This document shows positions 1 to 12,156 of a DNA stretch of 64,000 bases, piece by piece (within the stretch, counting starts at the first letter, position 1; every line of letters begins with the position of its first letter). The notes beneath the pieces were generated by a model. That model saw only the letters and a list, made by a program, of their open reading frames with translations. It was not told the DNA's origin and made no database searches. The position numbers were made by a program, and so were the translations under genes. Origin of the DNA: Scyliorhinus canicula (Eukaryota); the NCBI RefSeq assembly GCF_902713615.1, contig NC_052158.1:86498822-86562821 (forward strand). Direction: 5' to 3'.

Positions 1-18
1 AGTCTCACTAAAACCTTG

Positions 19-1518
19 GGCTGGATTCTCTGTTCAGGAGAGCATGTTCTGCCATTGGAGCGGAATCAATTCTGGTTTGCACTGATGCGAGGAGCAGCGC
101 CCAGAAATTATTTGCTCTCCCCAGCCGTGTAAATTTATGCATTGCGGGGATTACTATCAGGTCGCCATTTTGAGCAGACGGTCGATCACAAGGCCTTGGG
201 GCTGGCTCCGTTCCCTCCCCACGATGCAAATATTGACCCCCGCTGACAATTAGGGGCAGCCTTTCCCTCCTCCCCATCACAGGAATTGCTGGGTCAAACC
301 CCCACAGAACTCACGCAAGATGCTGACCCGATTCCCCCCCCCCCCCACCAGAGAATCCGTCTATATCAGGAAACCCCTGCCTATAACAGGGAACATCTCT
401 TCTTCCCCTCCCCCTTCCATTGCAGGGAATGTTAATCCCCCCTGCCTCTCATAACAGGGAACCATACCCCTGTCCCCCATCAGTCACTCTGGCCTGGAAG
501 CTAAAGAGCAGTACAGGCAGAAAGTGTAAAAAGCACTGCTTTTTTTATTCACCTGTACCTTACACCGGCTGCCCCAGACAGATCTAGAAAGCAGCAGCTT
601 CAATTTAGTAGAAAACCAAATCCACGTCACAAGACTTTAAACTCCCTTATTTTCCTTTGATCTGCAAGGCTTCTATTCACTTCAAAAATAAATAGCTTTT
701 ATAGTCTGTAGTTGACGGGTTCCAGACAGCCAGATGTCTATATTGCATATTTACATCTCCTTTCATGCTTGAATGCATTTCAAATACTCTACTGTGAACT
801 TAACCACGAGGTTTATAAACATCTGGCTCTGATTAACAGCTCCTGATCACAGCAGAAGCAGTTAAGTGCTTTCTGCCGAGATACACAGGAAGTCCTAGAT
901 GAGGTAATCTCTGGTGGCCAGAGAGGGGCGGGGCAGGGATGTGGGAGAAGGGAGGTAGTCTCTGGTGGCCGGGAGTGGGGGAAGAAGGTAAAGTGGTCTC
1001 TGGCGAGTGGGTTGCTCTGGCAGGTCTGTGGTCAGGGGCATGCTGCCGAATACTTGCACCAATGCATGCCTGCATGAATCCTGGCCAGAAGGCTGGGGCA
1101 TCATGGAGAATCACATGCCCAGCCGGATTCATAGGGCATGGCACAAACCTTGATGCCACTACTAGTGGGGGACTGGAGCATAGCAAACAAATCAGCGCCT
1201 GTTTTCTCTCCCAACATAGGATTCTCCACCACATTAGGCACCCCGTTACCGGGGGAGGATCCAGTCCTTTGCCTTTATCGCAAATGCTTCCAATCTCCAA
1301 CTTTGAACAATGTGCTTTGGAATTCTCTTCAAACATTGCTCCCACTTGGACAGTTTCAACTAGTTGCACCTACAGGCTTTCAATCTCACCTTCTGAGACT
1401 CCTTTCCCTTGGACATCCAACTACATTCAAGGTTTACCTCCGAAGCACACATTTAGATCTTAAATCATGCCAAGCAGAACACTACTGCTCAAAGGGCCCA
1501 CAGTAAGAATCACCAGCC
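19..1518 (+). mobile_element. Old non-autonomous DNA transposon, PIF/Harbinger-type termini (right end uncertain)
   Basis: Starts GGGCTGGATTCTC, the same TIR as the clean MITE at 49159-49696. Possible decayed right TIR AGAATCACCAGCC at ~1506-1518. The first ~800 bp are homologous, in inverted orientation, to 26880-27577. Confidence 0.5.
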
Positions 1519-1704
1519 TGAATGAAAAAATGAAATGAAAGTCGCTTGTCACGAGTAGGCTTCAATGAAGTTATTGTGAAAAGCCCCTAGTCACCACATT
1601 CCGGCGCCTGTTCGGGCAGGCTTGTACGGGAATTGAACCATGCTGCTGGCCTGCCAAGGTCTGCTTTGAAAGCCAGCGATTTAGCCCTGTGTGCTAAACC
1701 AGCC
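1519..1704 (-). mobile_element. tRNA-derived SINE, family C, (CATTT)n tail
   Basis: Reverse complement matches the copy at 32257-32452 (GGCTGGTTTAGCAC head, GGTTCAATTCC B-box, CATTT tail). Confidence 0.8.
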
Positions 1705-2009
1705 TTTGGATGCCTCCTCAGATCAGGCCTCCTCTCAAACCCGCTTTGTTTTAGGTCTGCTCTGTGCAGTTCTCTAACTCAGAACTTACTGCTTTGCTTC
1801 TTTTTTTTTTAACCGTGACTTATGTATTGGTGCAAGTCCCCAACCTCGGTAAATGGGGAGGGTTGGTGACAAGGACACCCGGTTGTAAAACCACCATCAT
1901 ATTAAAAAAAGGTTGCTACAACGATGATCAATGAACATTGTGGCAACCCTATATAACATGGGACTTTAATTGTTACATTCATTGTCTCAGTTTCTCTGTT
2001 AATGTAGTA

Positions 2010-2711
2010 TTTTGCAGTTTTCTGTCTGCATCAACGGGGCCAAGGTGGAGATGGTTGACAGCTTCAAATTCCGACGTGTGCATGTCACCAACAATCTGTC
2101 CTGGTCCACCCACGTTGACGCTACCATAAAGAAAGCACAACAGCACGTATACTTCCTCAGCATGTCCACATTGACTCTTACCAACTTTTACAGGTACATC
2201 ATAGAAAGCATCCTATCTGGCTGCATCACAGCCTGGTATGGCAACTGCTCGGCCCAAGACTGTAAGAAACTACAGAGAGTCGGGAACATAGCCCAGTCCA
2301 TTATCAAACCCGCCTCCCATCCATTGACTCTGTCTACACCTCGCACTGCCTTGGGAAAGTGGGCAGCATGATCAAGGACCCCTCCCACCCGGCTTAATCA
2401 CTCTTCCAACTTCTTCCACCGGGCAGGAGAGTCAAAACTATGAGAATACGCACTAACAGGTTCAAAAACAGCTTCTTCCCCACTGTTACCAGACTCCTAA
2501 AGGACTGATCTGATCTCTTCACACATCTTCTCTCCTGAGTAGCACTACCCTCCTGTATGCTTCACCCAATGCCTCTATGTATTTATACTGTGTATTTTAT
2601 GTTTGCCCTATTATGTATTTTCTTTTCATGTACTGAATGATCTGCCTGAGCTGCACGCAGAACAATACTTTTCACTGTACCTCGGCAGACGTGACAATAA
2701 ACAAATCCAAT
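2010..2711 (+). mobile_element. 5'-truncated Rex1/Babar LINE (RT C-terminus plus 3' UTR)
   Basis: ORF 2012-2371 reads INGAKVEMVDSFKF..VTNNLSWS..KKAQQ..YFL..LTNFYR.IIESILSGCITAWYGNC, typical of Rex1. The 3' tail is CACTGTACCTCGG..GTGACAATAAACAAATCCAATC. Confidence 0.8.
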
Positions 2712-3663
2712 CTGTTATTACTGGATATTTATTTGTCTTTTCTGCACATCCGGAGTATTTTCCTAGTTCAGAACTTCACTATCACCTATAAAGCATTGTT
2801 AGAGGCCTTCCGATTCTCCTCCACAGCTCTTGTTCACCATGCAATATGGGCAATAATTCTTCTGTGAGAATTTCAGTATCTCGTACAAGGTGAATGTTGC
2901 AGTTATTTATAAGGCTTAGGATCTCATTCTATTTCCAAGCTTTGGATCTCATTAATAATTCAGAAAAGGATTCCTCTTTTACTCTTGAAATAATGGCCAG
3001 CAGATTTCAGTTGTCTACTTTTTATTGTTGCTGCTTTTGACATACTATCTTTCTGATTGGTCCAATAAATTCTTCGTACTTTGTTTCATGAGGTTTCTCA
3101 AACTTCTTGTACATTTATCAAGACCCATGCTAGCACTGTATTAGAAAGGCTGGGAACGTTACTCTGGGTGGCCTCCTGCATGAGGCCGACACAATAATAC
3201 CAGACACAACTAATTAGTGCCAATAAAAACAGCTTGCATACAACATGTCGTATACGTTTTCCCCCCAACTACTTCTTACATAACCCTCTTTATCCAGATG
3301 ATTTTATACTGGATAATACTCCCTTGTGACTACTATCGCTGGTAGCCAAAGTAAAGATTGAAGTTCATGGGTCGAGTTATCATCTGGGTGCATAAATAAA
3401 TGCATTCCTGTATGCAAATTGATTTTCTTTGGTGGAAATCAGATTTTCTTCCACATTCCTGACCAATTTTCTTCTGGCCTTTTAGTAGGTCAGGAATCCC
3501 TAGAATTCAAAATGCACAAGTATACCATTCTAACCATGGAATACAAATTGGATGTCCTCCCGTACACCATTCTCACTTGGCAGCGTGGGGTTTTGGAAGC
3601 CCGTTAAAAGCACATCAGGTTTCATAGATCACAAAGGAAATGCAAAGCATGCTGGGCAAACAT

Positions 3664-5330
3664 TTTTTTTTTTTTTATAAATGTTTTTATTCAGTTTTCA
3701 TATTTTATATTGAACAAATTACAAATTGTTAGGAGAAAAAAAAAACAACAAACAAACACGCAAAAATTAACATACATATTTACAGGTAAGCATCTTCGTA
3801 GTAGTAACTGCGCCCGCCCCCCCCCCCCCCCCCCAACATGTTTATTTAGTTTGGTTTTGGGCCTTAGCTAGCCATCGAACCCCCGTACCGAACCTGTAGC
3901 CCCTCCCGCTACCTTCCCCCGACTATTCTTCCTCTTGTACATTGGCCACAAATAGGTCCCGGAACAGTTGCATGAATGGCTCCCACGTTCTGTGGAAGCC
4001 GTCGTCCGACCCTCGGATGGCAAATTTGATTTTCTCCATTTGGAGAGATTCCGAGAGGTCGGACAGCCAATCCGCAGCTCTGGGCGGTGCTGCTGACCGC
4101 CAGCCAAACAAGATTCTACGGCGGGCGATCAGGGAGGCAAAGGCAAGGGCGTCCGCCCTCCTCCCCAGGAATAGATCTGGCTGTTCTGAAACCCCGAAGA
4201 CCGCCACTATCGGGCATGGCTCCACCCTCACTCCCACCACTTTGGACATAACCTCGAAGAAGGCTGTCCAGTACTCCACGAGTCTGGGGCAAGACCAGAA
4301 CATGTGGGCGTGGTTGGCCGGGCCTCTTTGGCACCGTTCACATCTGTCTTCCACCTCCGGGAAGAACCTACTCATACGGGTTCTTGTTAAGTGGGCTCTA
4401 TGTACCACTTTTAGTTGCGTCAGGCTGAGCCTTGCGCACGTGGAGGTGGAGTTGACCCTATGCAGTGCTTCGCTCCAGAGTCCCCACCCTATCTCCATCC
4501 CCAGGTCGTCCTCCCATTTCCTTCTTGTTGCGTCCAGTACGGTGTCGTCCCTATCTACCAGTCGGTCATACATGTCACTACAGTTCCCTTTCTCTAGGAT
4601 ACTTGCGTCCAGTAGGTCTTCCAGTAGTGTCTGTCGTGGCGGTTGTGGGTACGTCCTTGTCTCCTTTCGTAGGAAGTTTTTGAGCTGCAGGTACCGTAGC
4701 TCGTTCCCCCCAGCTAGCTGAAACTTCTCTGTCAGTTCGTCCAGTGTTGCGATCCTGTCGTCCGTGTATAGGTCCCTGACTGTCAGTGTCCCCCCGTCCT
4801 GCCTCCACCTTTTGAAGGTGGCGTCAGTCAGTGCTGGTGTGAACCTATGGTTGTTGCAGATGGGAGCCCTGTTCGACATTTTGGTCAGGCCAAGTTGCTG
4901 CCGCAGTTGGTTCCAGGATTGGAGGGTGGCTGTCACCACTGGGCTGCTGGAGTGTTTTTTGGGTGGGGATGGGAGTGCTGCCGTGGCGAGGGCCCGGAGG
5001 GAGGTTCCCATGCAGGAGGCCTCCTCCGCACGCACCCACTCAGCCTCTGGCTCCTGGATCCATCCCCTTACTCGCTCGGCTGTTGCTGCCCAGTGGTAGA
5101 ATTGTAGATTCGGGAGGGCTAGCCCTCCCCTGGTTTTTGTTTTTTGTAAGACCTTCTTTGGGATCCTAGCATTTTTACCCCCCCATACGAACGCCATGAT
5201 GAGTTTGTCCAGCGCTTTGAAAAAGGCCTTGGGGATGTAGATCGGAATGGATCTAAACAGGAAGAGGAACCTGGGCAGTACGTTCATTTTGATCGTCTGA
5301 ACTCTCCCCGCGAGGGAGAGCGGGAGTGTG
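3664..5330 (-). mobile_element. 5'-truncated L1/Tx1-clade LINE, young insertion
   Basis: Poly(A) tail seen as a T-run at 3664. Perfect 15-bp TSD ATGCTGGGCAAACAT at 3649-3663 and 5331-5345. The ORF2 C-terminal frame is uninterrupted. Confidence 0.92.
3923..5330 (-). CDS. L1 ORF2p C-terminal fragment (post-RT region and CCHC zinc knuckle), no native start
   Basis: Motifs LSLAGRVQTIKMNVLPRFLFLF, GGLALPNLQFYHWA and CERC..NHAHMFWSC. The start given in the ORF track lies in the TSD. Confidence 0.8.
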
Positions 5331-6971
5331 ATGCTGGGCAAACATAAACATTCTGAAAGTCAAGTGTAAAATGCTTTAACAGCTTTAAATGTCACTATTA
5401 GGTGCTGTATTGTAATCTTTTTAATGCAGTGATTGATCAAAGGGATCTGTCTTGCACGGTTAGCTGACCACTATTGTTCAACTGTTCACAAGCATTACAG
5501 TACTTTTTGAAAGTGTCATAATGTATTAAAAGTACATAAAATAAAATTTCCTCTTCTGTCATGTGTTCTAGTTTAATTGGACTGGCAAACCCGGCTATTT
5601 CTTTTCAAAAAAACCTTGCTTTTGAAGTGGGAAAAAGCAGTCCACACCTACTACCATTCCATTGATTGGCAAGCACTCTGCTTTGAAATGGAAATGTATA
5701 TATCTTGTTCTGTTCATGAAGCTGGAGGCTTTAGCTATGATAGTTGTTCCAATCCGAATGCTTAGCTGGGATTCAAAAGTTTCATCTTAGTCGATGGTTT
5801 TATTAATCAAAGAACCACTGAAACGTTTATGAGCCTATAACAACAGGTTATGCTTTTGATGTATTCAATTACAAACATAATAGACACTTAAAGCATTGTA
5901 GCTTATTTCCTCCAGGATTTATTTGGTCCAGTATCGATAATAGTTTGAAATCAGGCTTTCATTAGATTATTCAATGCTTAATGACTTCTCATCAATTTAA
6001 AAATAATTCTCATAGCTTATTGCATGGCTTCTGAGAACTGAGTATATTGGGTGAATGGCTATGGAGAATATAAGGGTGACAATAGAGGTGGTTTGGGGAA
6101 TGTATGGTTTAGGGGGCCACTAAATGATGTGTGGGTGCTGGTTTACTATGCTACTGTGTTCGAGACCTGAAATAGGCCTTCAAAACAGGCTGCCTGTGCG
6201 CCCACATTCCCCTCACACCACAGGACGGTTTACAAAATGCACTCTGAACCCAACCCTTGTAAAGTCGCACATTGCAAAAGTCTGCAATTCAGGTTTTTCT
6301 GAGCTCAGACAAAAATTTGGTTAATTCCTGCAGTCACATTCAGACCTCGCTTTTTCCAGAGGCTCAAGAGATTAGGAACCACATACCCGGTTCTGATTAG
6401 ACCTGCAAGCACCAAAATGATCTGATAGCCAAGGACATCAAAGCTGGGAACTAAATATTCAGGGGTATGTGACTTTTCTAAAGACAGGCAGGAAGGAAAG
6501 GGTTGCGCAGTATCTGTTAATAGGAGATGCAAGCACAATAGCAAGAAATGATCTTGGATCAGAAGATTTCGAATCAATATCGGTGGAGGAAAGAAATAAC
6601 AAGGGGAAGACAACATTGGTGGGAGTTATCTATAGGCTCAGTAACAATAGTCATACCGAATGACAGAGAATAAATCAGGAGATAATGAGGGCATGTAAAA
6701 AAAACGCAGTACATTAATTTAGGGCGACTTTACTCTTCATGTGATTGGGAAAATCAAATTGGTAGAGGAAACTGTCAGGAATAATTCAGAGTGCATTTGC
6801 GATAGTTTCCTAGAACAATAAGTTGTGGATCCAGCCAGGGATCAGGTATGTGTAATGGGGCAGGTTTAATAACAATCTTAGAGTAAATGATCCCCTAGGA
6901 AACAATGACCATAACACTCAGTTTGTGAATGAGAAACTTGAGTCAGGAATAACTGTGCTAAATGTAAATAA

Positions 6972-7305
6972 GGGTGGTACAGTGGTGAGCACAGTTGCTT
7001 CACAGCTCCAGGATCTCGGGTTCGATTCCCGGCTTGGGTCACTGTATGTGCAGAGTCTGCACATTGTCCCCGTGTCTGCGTCGATTTCCTCTGGGTGCTC
7101 CAGTTTCCTCCCACAGTCCAAAGATGTGCAGCTTACGTGGATTGGCCATGCTAAATTGCCCCTTAGTGTCCAAAAAGGTTAGATTGCGTTACTGGGTTAC
7201 AGGGATAGGGTGGAGGTGTGGGCTGAGATAGGATGATCTTTCCATGGACCTGTGCAGACTCGATGAGCCGAATGGCCACCTTCTGCACTGTAAATTCTAT
7301 GATCT
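6972..7305 (+). mobile_element. HE1-like V-SINE with CR1-derived tail
   Basis: tRNA-like head with GGTTCGATTCC B-box, V-domain, and tail GCAGACTCGATGAGCCGAATGGCC..CACTGTAAATTCTATGA. Short duplication ATAAGGGT on both sides. Confidence 0.85.
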
Positions 7306-7921
7306 ATAAGGGTAATTACAAAGGAATGAGGGCAGAGTTGGTTGGAATGGACTGGGAAAGGAGTTCAGCAGAAAAGACAGTTAATCAGCAATGGCAGACC
7401 TTTATGAAAGTAGATCATGACACACAACAAAGATATATCCCAGTGAGGAAGGAGGATGCTAAATCAAGCTCGATTAACTAAGGAAGTTAAGGATAGTATT
7501 AAACTGAATGAAAACAACAACGTGGCAAAGATTACTGGTAAGCCAGAGGATTGGCAAAGTTTTAAAAAACCAACAAAAGATAATCAAAAAATAATAAAGA
7601 TGGAGCAAATAAATGATGAGGGTAAACTAATAAGTAATATAAACATGGACAGTAAGAGCTTTTTTAATAGAAAGGAAGAGAGGTGTCAAAGTGGACATGG
7701 CCACTTTGAGAATGATACTGGGGAAATAACAATGGGCAACCAGGAAATGGCAGAGGAGCTAAATAATTGTGTTGGGGGGGGGGGGGGGTCGGGGAAGAAA
7801 ATTAATACACTAATGATCACTAGAGAAAAAGTACTAGGGAAACTAATGGGGCTTAGGGCCGATACAGCCACTGGACCTGATGTGTTGCATCCTAGGATAT
7901 TAAAGGAGGTAGCAGCAGAGA

Positions 7922-8105
7922 GGTACCCAACTCATTTTTTCCAATTAAGGGGCAATTTAGCTTGGCCAATCCACCTACCCTACACATCTTTGGGTTGTGG
8001 GGGCAAAACCCAAGCAAACACAGGGAGAACATGGACAGTGGCACAGAGCGGGGATGGAACCTGGGACCTTGGTGCTGTGAGGCAGCAGTGCTAGCCACTG
8101 CACCA
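7922..8105 (-). mobile_element. Short V-SINE, family B (A-rich tail)
   Basis: Reverse complement of the family B head, V-domain and CCCCTTAATTGG tail; inserted in the CR1. Confidence 0.75.
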
Positions 8106-8417
8106 GTAGCTACAGGGATAGTGGATGCACTGGTAGTCATCTTCCAAGAATGCTTAAATTCTGAGAAAATCCCAGAGAATTAGAAAACTGTGGGTGCAAT
8201 TCCCTGGAAAGATTTCGGAGTGTGGTAGCGAGCGAGAACTGTCACAAACTTCCTGGCGCTCAGCCCAGCGAGGCCGACAATGAAATTCAACAGTAACTGG
8301 TCCACTTAGCGAAGGTTCGCCTGTTGATTCAGAGAATGTGCTCACCAGCCCCCCGCTATCAAGGTCGAGCAGCACTTAAGCTGCACTCGCTCAGCCAAAA
8401 CCAGCCAGCTCGCAACA

Positions 8418-8652
8418 ATGACACCAAGGAGACCAGTCCCAAGATTCAGGGTCGCTAATCTGACAAGACTCCTAGATGTAGTGGAAGTCAGGAGGGATGT
8501 GTTGTTCCACCAAGGGTTGGGAGGGTGAGCCACAAGACAGCCAGTGCTGCCTGGGATGAGGTGGTGGCAGCTGTCAGCTTGAGGAGTGTGATCAGGAGGA
8601 CTGGCCTTCAGTGCAGGAAGAAGGTCAATGACTTACACCAGGCAGCACGAGC
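8418..8652 (+). pseudogene. Harbinger Myb/SANT-like (trihelix) DNA-binding protein remnant
   Basis: MTPRRPVPRF..LTRLLDVVEVRRDVLF followed, after a frameshift, by AAWDEVVAAVS..RRTGLQCRKKVNDL. This fits the W..V....RT..QC.KK..DL signature. Confidence 0.7.
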
Positions 8653-8908
8653 GAGTACACACCAACGCACCCCCCCCCCCCCCCACAGTGCAACTCCCAG
8701 CCCTCCCTCCTCCCCACAACCCGACCTTCACACCCCTTTTCCCACCACTGTGAACCATGTTGATGAGATCACATCTCTCAGTCAGCACACGGGACAGGGC
8801 GGCACTGTTGTACATGCGCTAAGTGAGCCGGGGCCCTCAGCCCCAGCCGCCAGGAGGATTGAAGGCCACGAGACGAGGTAGGGGGCAGCACCATCAGGAA
8901 TGGGGCTT

Positions 8909-9130
8909 CTGCAGCACAGTGGCGCAGTGGGTTAGCCCTGCTGCCTCATGACACCGAGGTCCCAGGTTCGATCCCGGTTCTGGGTCACTATCCATGTGGT
9001 GTTTGCACATTCTCCCCGTGTTTGCGTGCGTTTCGCCCCCACAACCCAAAGATGTGCAGGGTAGGTGAATTGGCCGTGTTAAATTGCCCCACAATTGGGG
9101 AAAATTAATTGAGTATTGTAAATTTATAAT
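8909..9130 (+). mobile_element. Short V-SINE, family B, nested in the Harbinger element
   Basis: Head CACAGTGGCGCAGTGGGTTAGC, B-box GGTTCGATCCC, and flanking GGAATGGGG(C/T)TTCT duplication. Confidence 0.8.
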
Positions 9131-10419
9131 AAAAAAAGGGAATGGGGTTTCTACCTGAAACACCTTTTCGCTAAACCATTGTGATGTCTCCCTCACTTCC
9201 TTCTGCAATGCTGGCTGACCCCTGGACACGCTCCGAGCATGAGTGGCAAGCCCAGCGCCCCCAGGCTCTTTGCCTGAGAGTAAAGTTGGAGACTCACCTC
9301 CTCGACTTCCCACAGAAGCCCTTCCGCCAGGTTCATGTTTTTCAAAAGGAGTACTAATTGGTGTCAGGGTGAGCACTTACTGGGGAGACCGCTGAAAGAC
9401 AGAAGGCTGTTGGATATGGGGTCACTCTCGTTAATTGTACGGAAACGGGGCTTAAGTGGTGATAATTGGTTTCTCGCTACGCTAAGGCACAATCCTGAAT
9501 TTGCCTCCGGGCGCGGGCCGGTTGCATCGCAAACGGTTTGTCGTTTGGTGCGCATCTCATTTTTGGCCTCTCCTGCTATTCACCGGCATCCTTACGCTTG
9601 AGCGAGAGGGTAACGAGGCCGGAGAACCACGCCATGTAACACCCTTATTTTGACAGGGAGGGAGAAAAAAATGAAGCAACCATAGACCAGTTAGCTTTAT
9701 ATCTGTTCTCGAAAAATGCTAGAGTCTATTATAAAGAATATAATAGCAAAGCATTTAGAAATACATAACATAATCAAGCAGAGTCTGCATTGTTACAAGG
9801 GAAAATCATGCCTGACAAATTTATTAGAATGTTTTGAGATGGTAACAAGCAGGATAGAAAAAGGGGAACCAGTAGATGTAATATACTTGGCTTTCCAAAT
9901 AGCATTCGATAAGGCACTGCATAAAAAGCTACTTAATCAGAGCCCATGGTGTTAGTGGTATTATATGAACATGGATAGATTGGCTAACTAAATAGAAGAC
10001 AGAGTTGGGATAAGAGGGGCATTTTCAGGTGTGCTACAGGATCAATACTGGTGCCACAATCATTTACAATATATTATAACTTGGACGAGCCAGGTTTGCG
10101 GATGACACAAAAATAGAAGGGAAGGCAAGTTTTTTTTAGGATAATATAAAAAGAATCTACAGAGGGATATTGAGAGGGTAAGCGAGTGGGCAAAAACCTG
10201 GCAGAAGGAATATAACATAGGTAAATATTAAGTTATCTACTTTGTAGGAAGAATAAAGGAGCTGAATATTATTTAAATGAATAATGATTGCATCAAGCTG
10301 CACCACAGAGGGATTAAGGTGTCCTCGTGTATAATTCACAGAACACTGGCATGCAAATACGGTAGGTAATAAGGAAGACGAATAGTATGCTGGCCTTTAT
10401 TTCAAAGGGAATGGGATAT

Positions 10420-10747
10420 GGGTGGCAAGGTGGCAATGTTGATAGCAATGTTGCCTTACAGCGCTGGAGAGCCAGGTTCAATTCCTGCCATGGGCGACTG
10501 TCTGCGTGGAGTTGCACTTTCTCACCGTATCTGCGTGGATTTCCTTTAGGTGCTCCGGTTTCCTCCGGCAGTCCAAAGAAGTGTAGGTTAGGTAGATTGC
10601 CCCTTAATTTCCAAGGATGTGTAGGGCAGGTGGGGTTATGAGATTACAGATGTAGGATGGGGGAGTGGGCTCAGGTAAGGTGCTCTGCCAGAGGGTTGGT
10701 GCAGACACAGTGGCCGAATGGCCTCTTTCTGCACATTAGGAATTCTA
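10420..10747 (+). mobile_element. HE1-like V-SINE (diverged)
   Basis: Head, V-domain and CR1-like tail ending AATTCTAT. Confidence 0.75.
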
Positions 10748-10880
10748 TATGAATCAGGAAGTCTTGCGAAAACTATATACACCTGGAATATTGTGATGTG
10801 GAAATGCCGGCGTTGGACCGGGGTGAGTACAGTAAGAAGTCTTACAACACCAGGTTAAAGTCCGACAGGTTTGTTTTGAA

Positions 10881-10917
10881 TCACTAGCTTTCGAAGCACT
10901 GCTCCTTCCTCAGGTGA
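10881..10917 (-). ncRNA. Minimal type I hammerhead ribozyme motif in a Penelope pLTR
   Basis: Minus strand reads UCAC-CUGAGGA-A-GGAGC-AGU-GCUUC-GAAA-GC-UA-GUGA. It contains stem I, the CUGANGA core, stem II, GAAA, a palindromic stem III stub and a UH site. Confidence 0.7.
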
Positions 10918-11510
10918 ATGAAGAGGTAGGTTCCAGAAACAAATATAGACAAAGTCAAAGATGCAAGACGATACTCTGAATGCAAGCCTTTGCAGGTAAT
11001 TAAGTCTCGACAGATCCAGAGAGAGGGGTAATCAGAAGTTAGAGGTGAGAATTGTCTCAAGCCAGGACAGTTGGTACGATTTTGCAAGCCCAGGCCAGAT
11101 GGTGGGGGGTGGGGGTGGTGGTCGTGAATGTAATGCGACATGAATCCAAGGTCCCGATTGTGGCCGTACTCATGTGTGTGGAACTTGGCTATAAGTTTCT
11201 GCTTCACAATTCTGCGATGTTGCTCGTCCTGAAGGCTGCCTTGGAGAACGCTTACCCGAAGATGAGAGGCTGAATGCCCTTGACTGCTGAAGTGTTCCCC
11301 GACTGGAAGGGAATATTCCTGCCTGGCGATTGTCCCGTGATGTCCGTACATTTGTTGTTGCAGTGCCTGCATGGTCTTGCCAACGTACCACACTTCAGGA
11401 CATCCTTTCCTGCAGCGTATGAGGTAGACAACGTTGGCCGAGTTGCACGAGTATTTACCGCGTACCTGGTGGGTGCTGTTCTCATGTGTAATGGTGGTAC
11501 CCATGTTCAT
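10884..11510 (-). pseudogene. Penelope GIY-YIG endonuclease domain (truncated)
   Basis: YSCNSANVVYLIRC..C...YVGKT...L..MYGH...PVGEHF...H...LIAKF.T..G.NRD.GF, characteristic of the PLE endonuclease. Confidence 0.85.
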
Positions 11511-11698
11511 GATCTAGCTTGGGCTGGCAAAGTCCTACCAACTGTCCTGGCTTGAGACGATTCACACCTCTTTAACCTGTGATTACCCCTCTTTGTGGAT
11601 CTGTAAAGACTTAATTACCTGCAAAGACTCACATTCAAAGTATCATCTTGTATCTTTGACTTTGTCGATATATATGTTTGTGGAACCTACCTCTTCAT

Positions 11699-11735
11699 TC
11701 ACCTGAGGAAGGAGCTGCACTCCGAAAGGTAGTGA
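11699..11735 (+). ncRNA. Second (mutated) minimal hammerhead motif in the inverted pLTR
   Basis: TCAC-CTGAGGA-A-GGAG-CTGCA-CTCC-GAAA-GG-TA-GTGA. The stem III stub is changed from GC to GG. Confidence 0.55.
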
Positions 11736-11918
11736 TTTGTAAGACTGGTGCTACAAGACTTTTTACTGGAATATTATTAACAGCTTTGATCTCCTTATCT
11801 AATGAAAGAAATACTGGCATTGGAGGCAGCTCAGAGAAGGTTCACTAGTTTGATCCCAGGTATGGGAGAATTTTCTCAAGAGATGTTGAGTAGGTTGGGC
11901 TTGTACTCTTTGGAGTTT

Positions 11919-12078
11919 AATAATAACCTTTTATTGCCACAAGTATGAAGTTACTGTGAAAAACCCCTAGTCGCTACATTCCGGCGCCTGTTCAGGTAAA
12001 GCTGATACAGGAATTGAACCCACGCTGCTGGCCCTGTTCTGCATCACAAACCAGCAGTAGCCCGCTGAGCTAAACCAT
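11919..12078 (-). mobile_element. tRNA-derived SINE related to family C, (ATT)n tail
   Basis: Shares GAAGTTACTGTGAAAA.CCCCTAGTCGC.ACATTCCGGCGCCTGTTC and the GCTAAACC head with family C. Confidence 0.75.
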
Positions 12079-12156
12079 CCCATTTAGAAGAATGAGGGGT
12101 GACCTTATTGAGACATATGGGATTCTCAAGGGGCTTGACATTATAAATGCTGAGAT

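Larger units (their letters stand above)
8192..9633 (+). mobile_element. PIF/Harbinger-type element with Myb/SANT-like remnant
   Basis: Termini GGGTGCAATTCCC and GGAGAACCACGCC interrupt the CR1 motif (W)KT|(AN)VTPLF. An internal SANT-like coding remnant is present. Confidence 0.7.
10797..11765 (-). mobile_element. Penelope-like element: 3' GIY-YIG fragment flanked by inverted pLTRs
   Basis: GIY-YIG ORF on the minus strand. ~260-bp inverted repeat at 10831-11100 and 11512-11767. Flanking duplication CTGGAATATT at 10783-10792 and 11766-11775. Confidence 0.85.

Noticed and set aside
833-1506. Overlapping 120-180-aa ORFs on both strands
   Set aside because: No recognisable domain; they sit in a GC-rich, internally repetitive transposon remnant.
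1825-1895. RTE-like 5' motif (GTCCCCAACCTCGGTAAATGGGGAGGGTTG..CCCGGTTGTAAAAC)
   Set aside because: Too short and decayed to call without a search.
3942-5169. Several plus-strand ORFs up to 259 aa
   Set aside because: They are antisense shadows of L1 ORF2.
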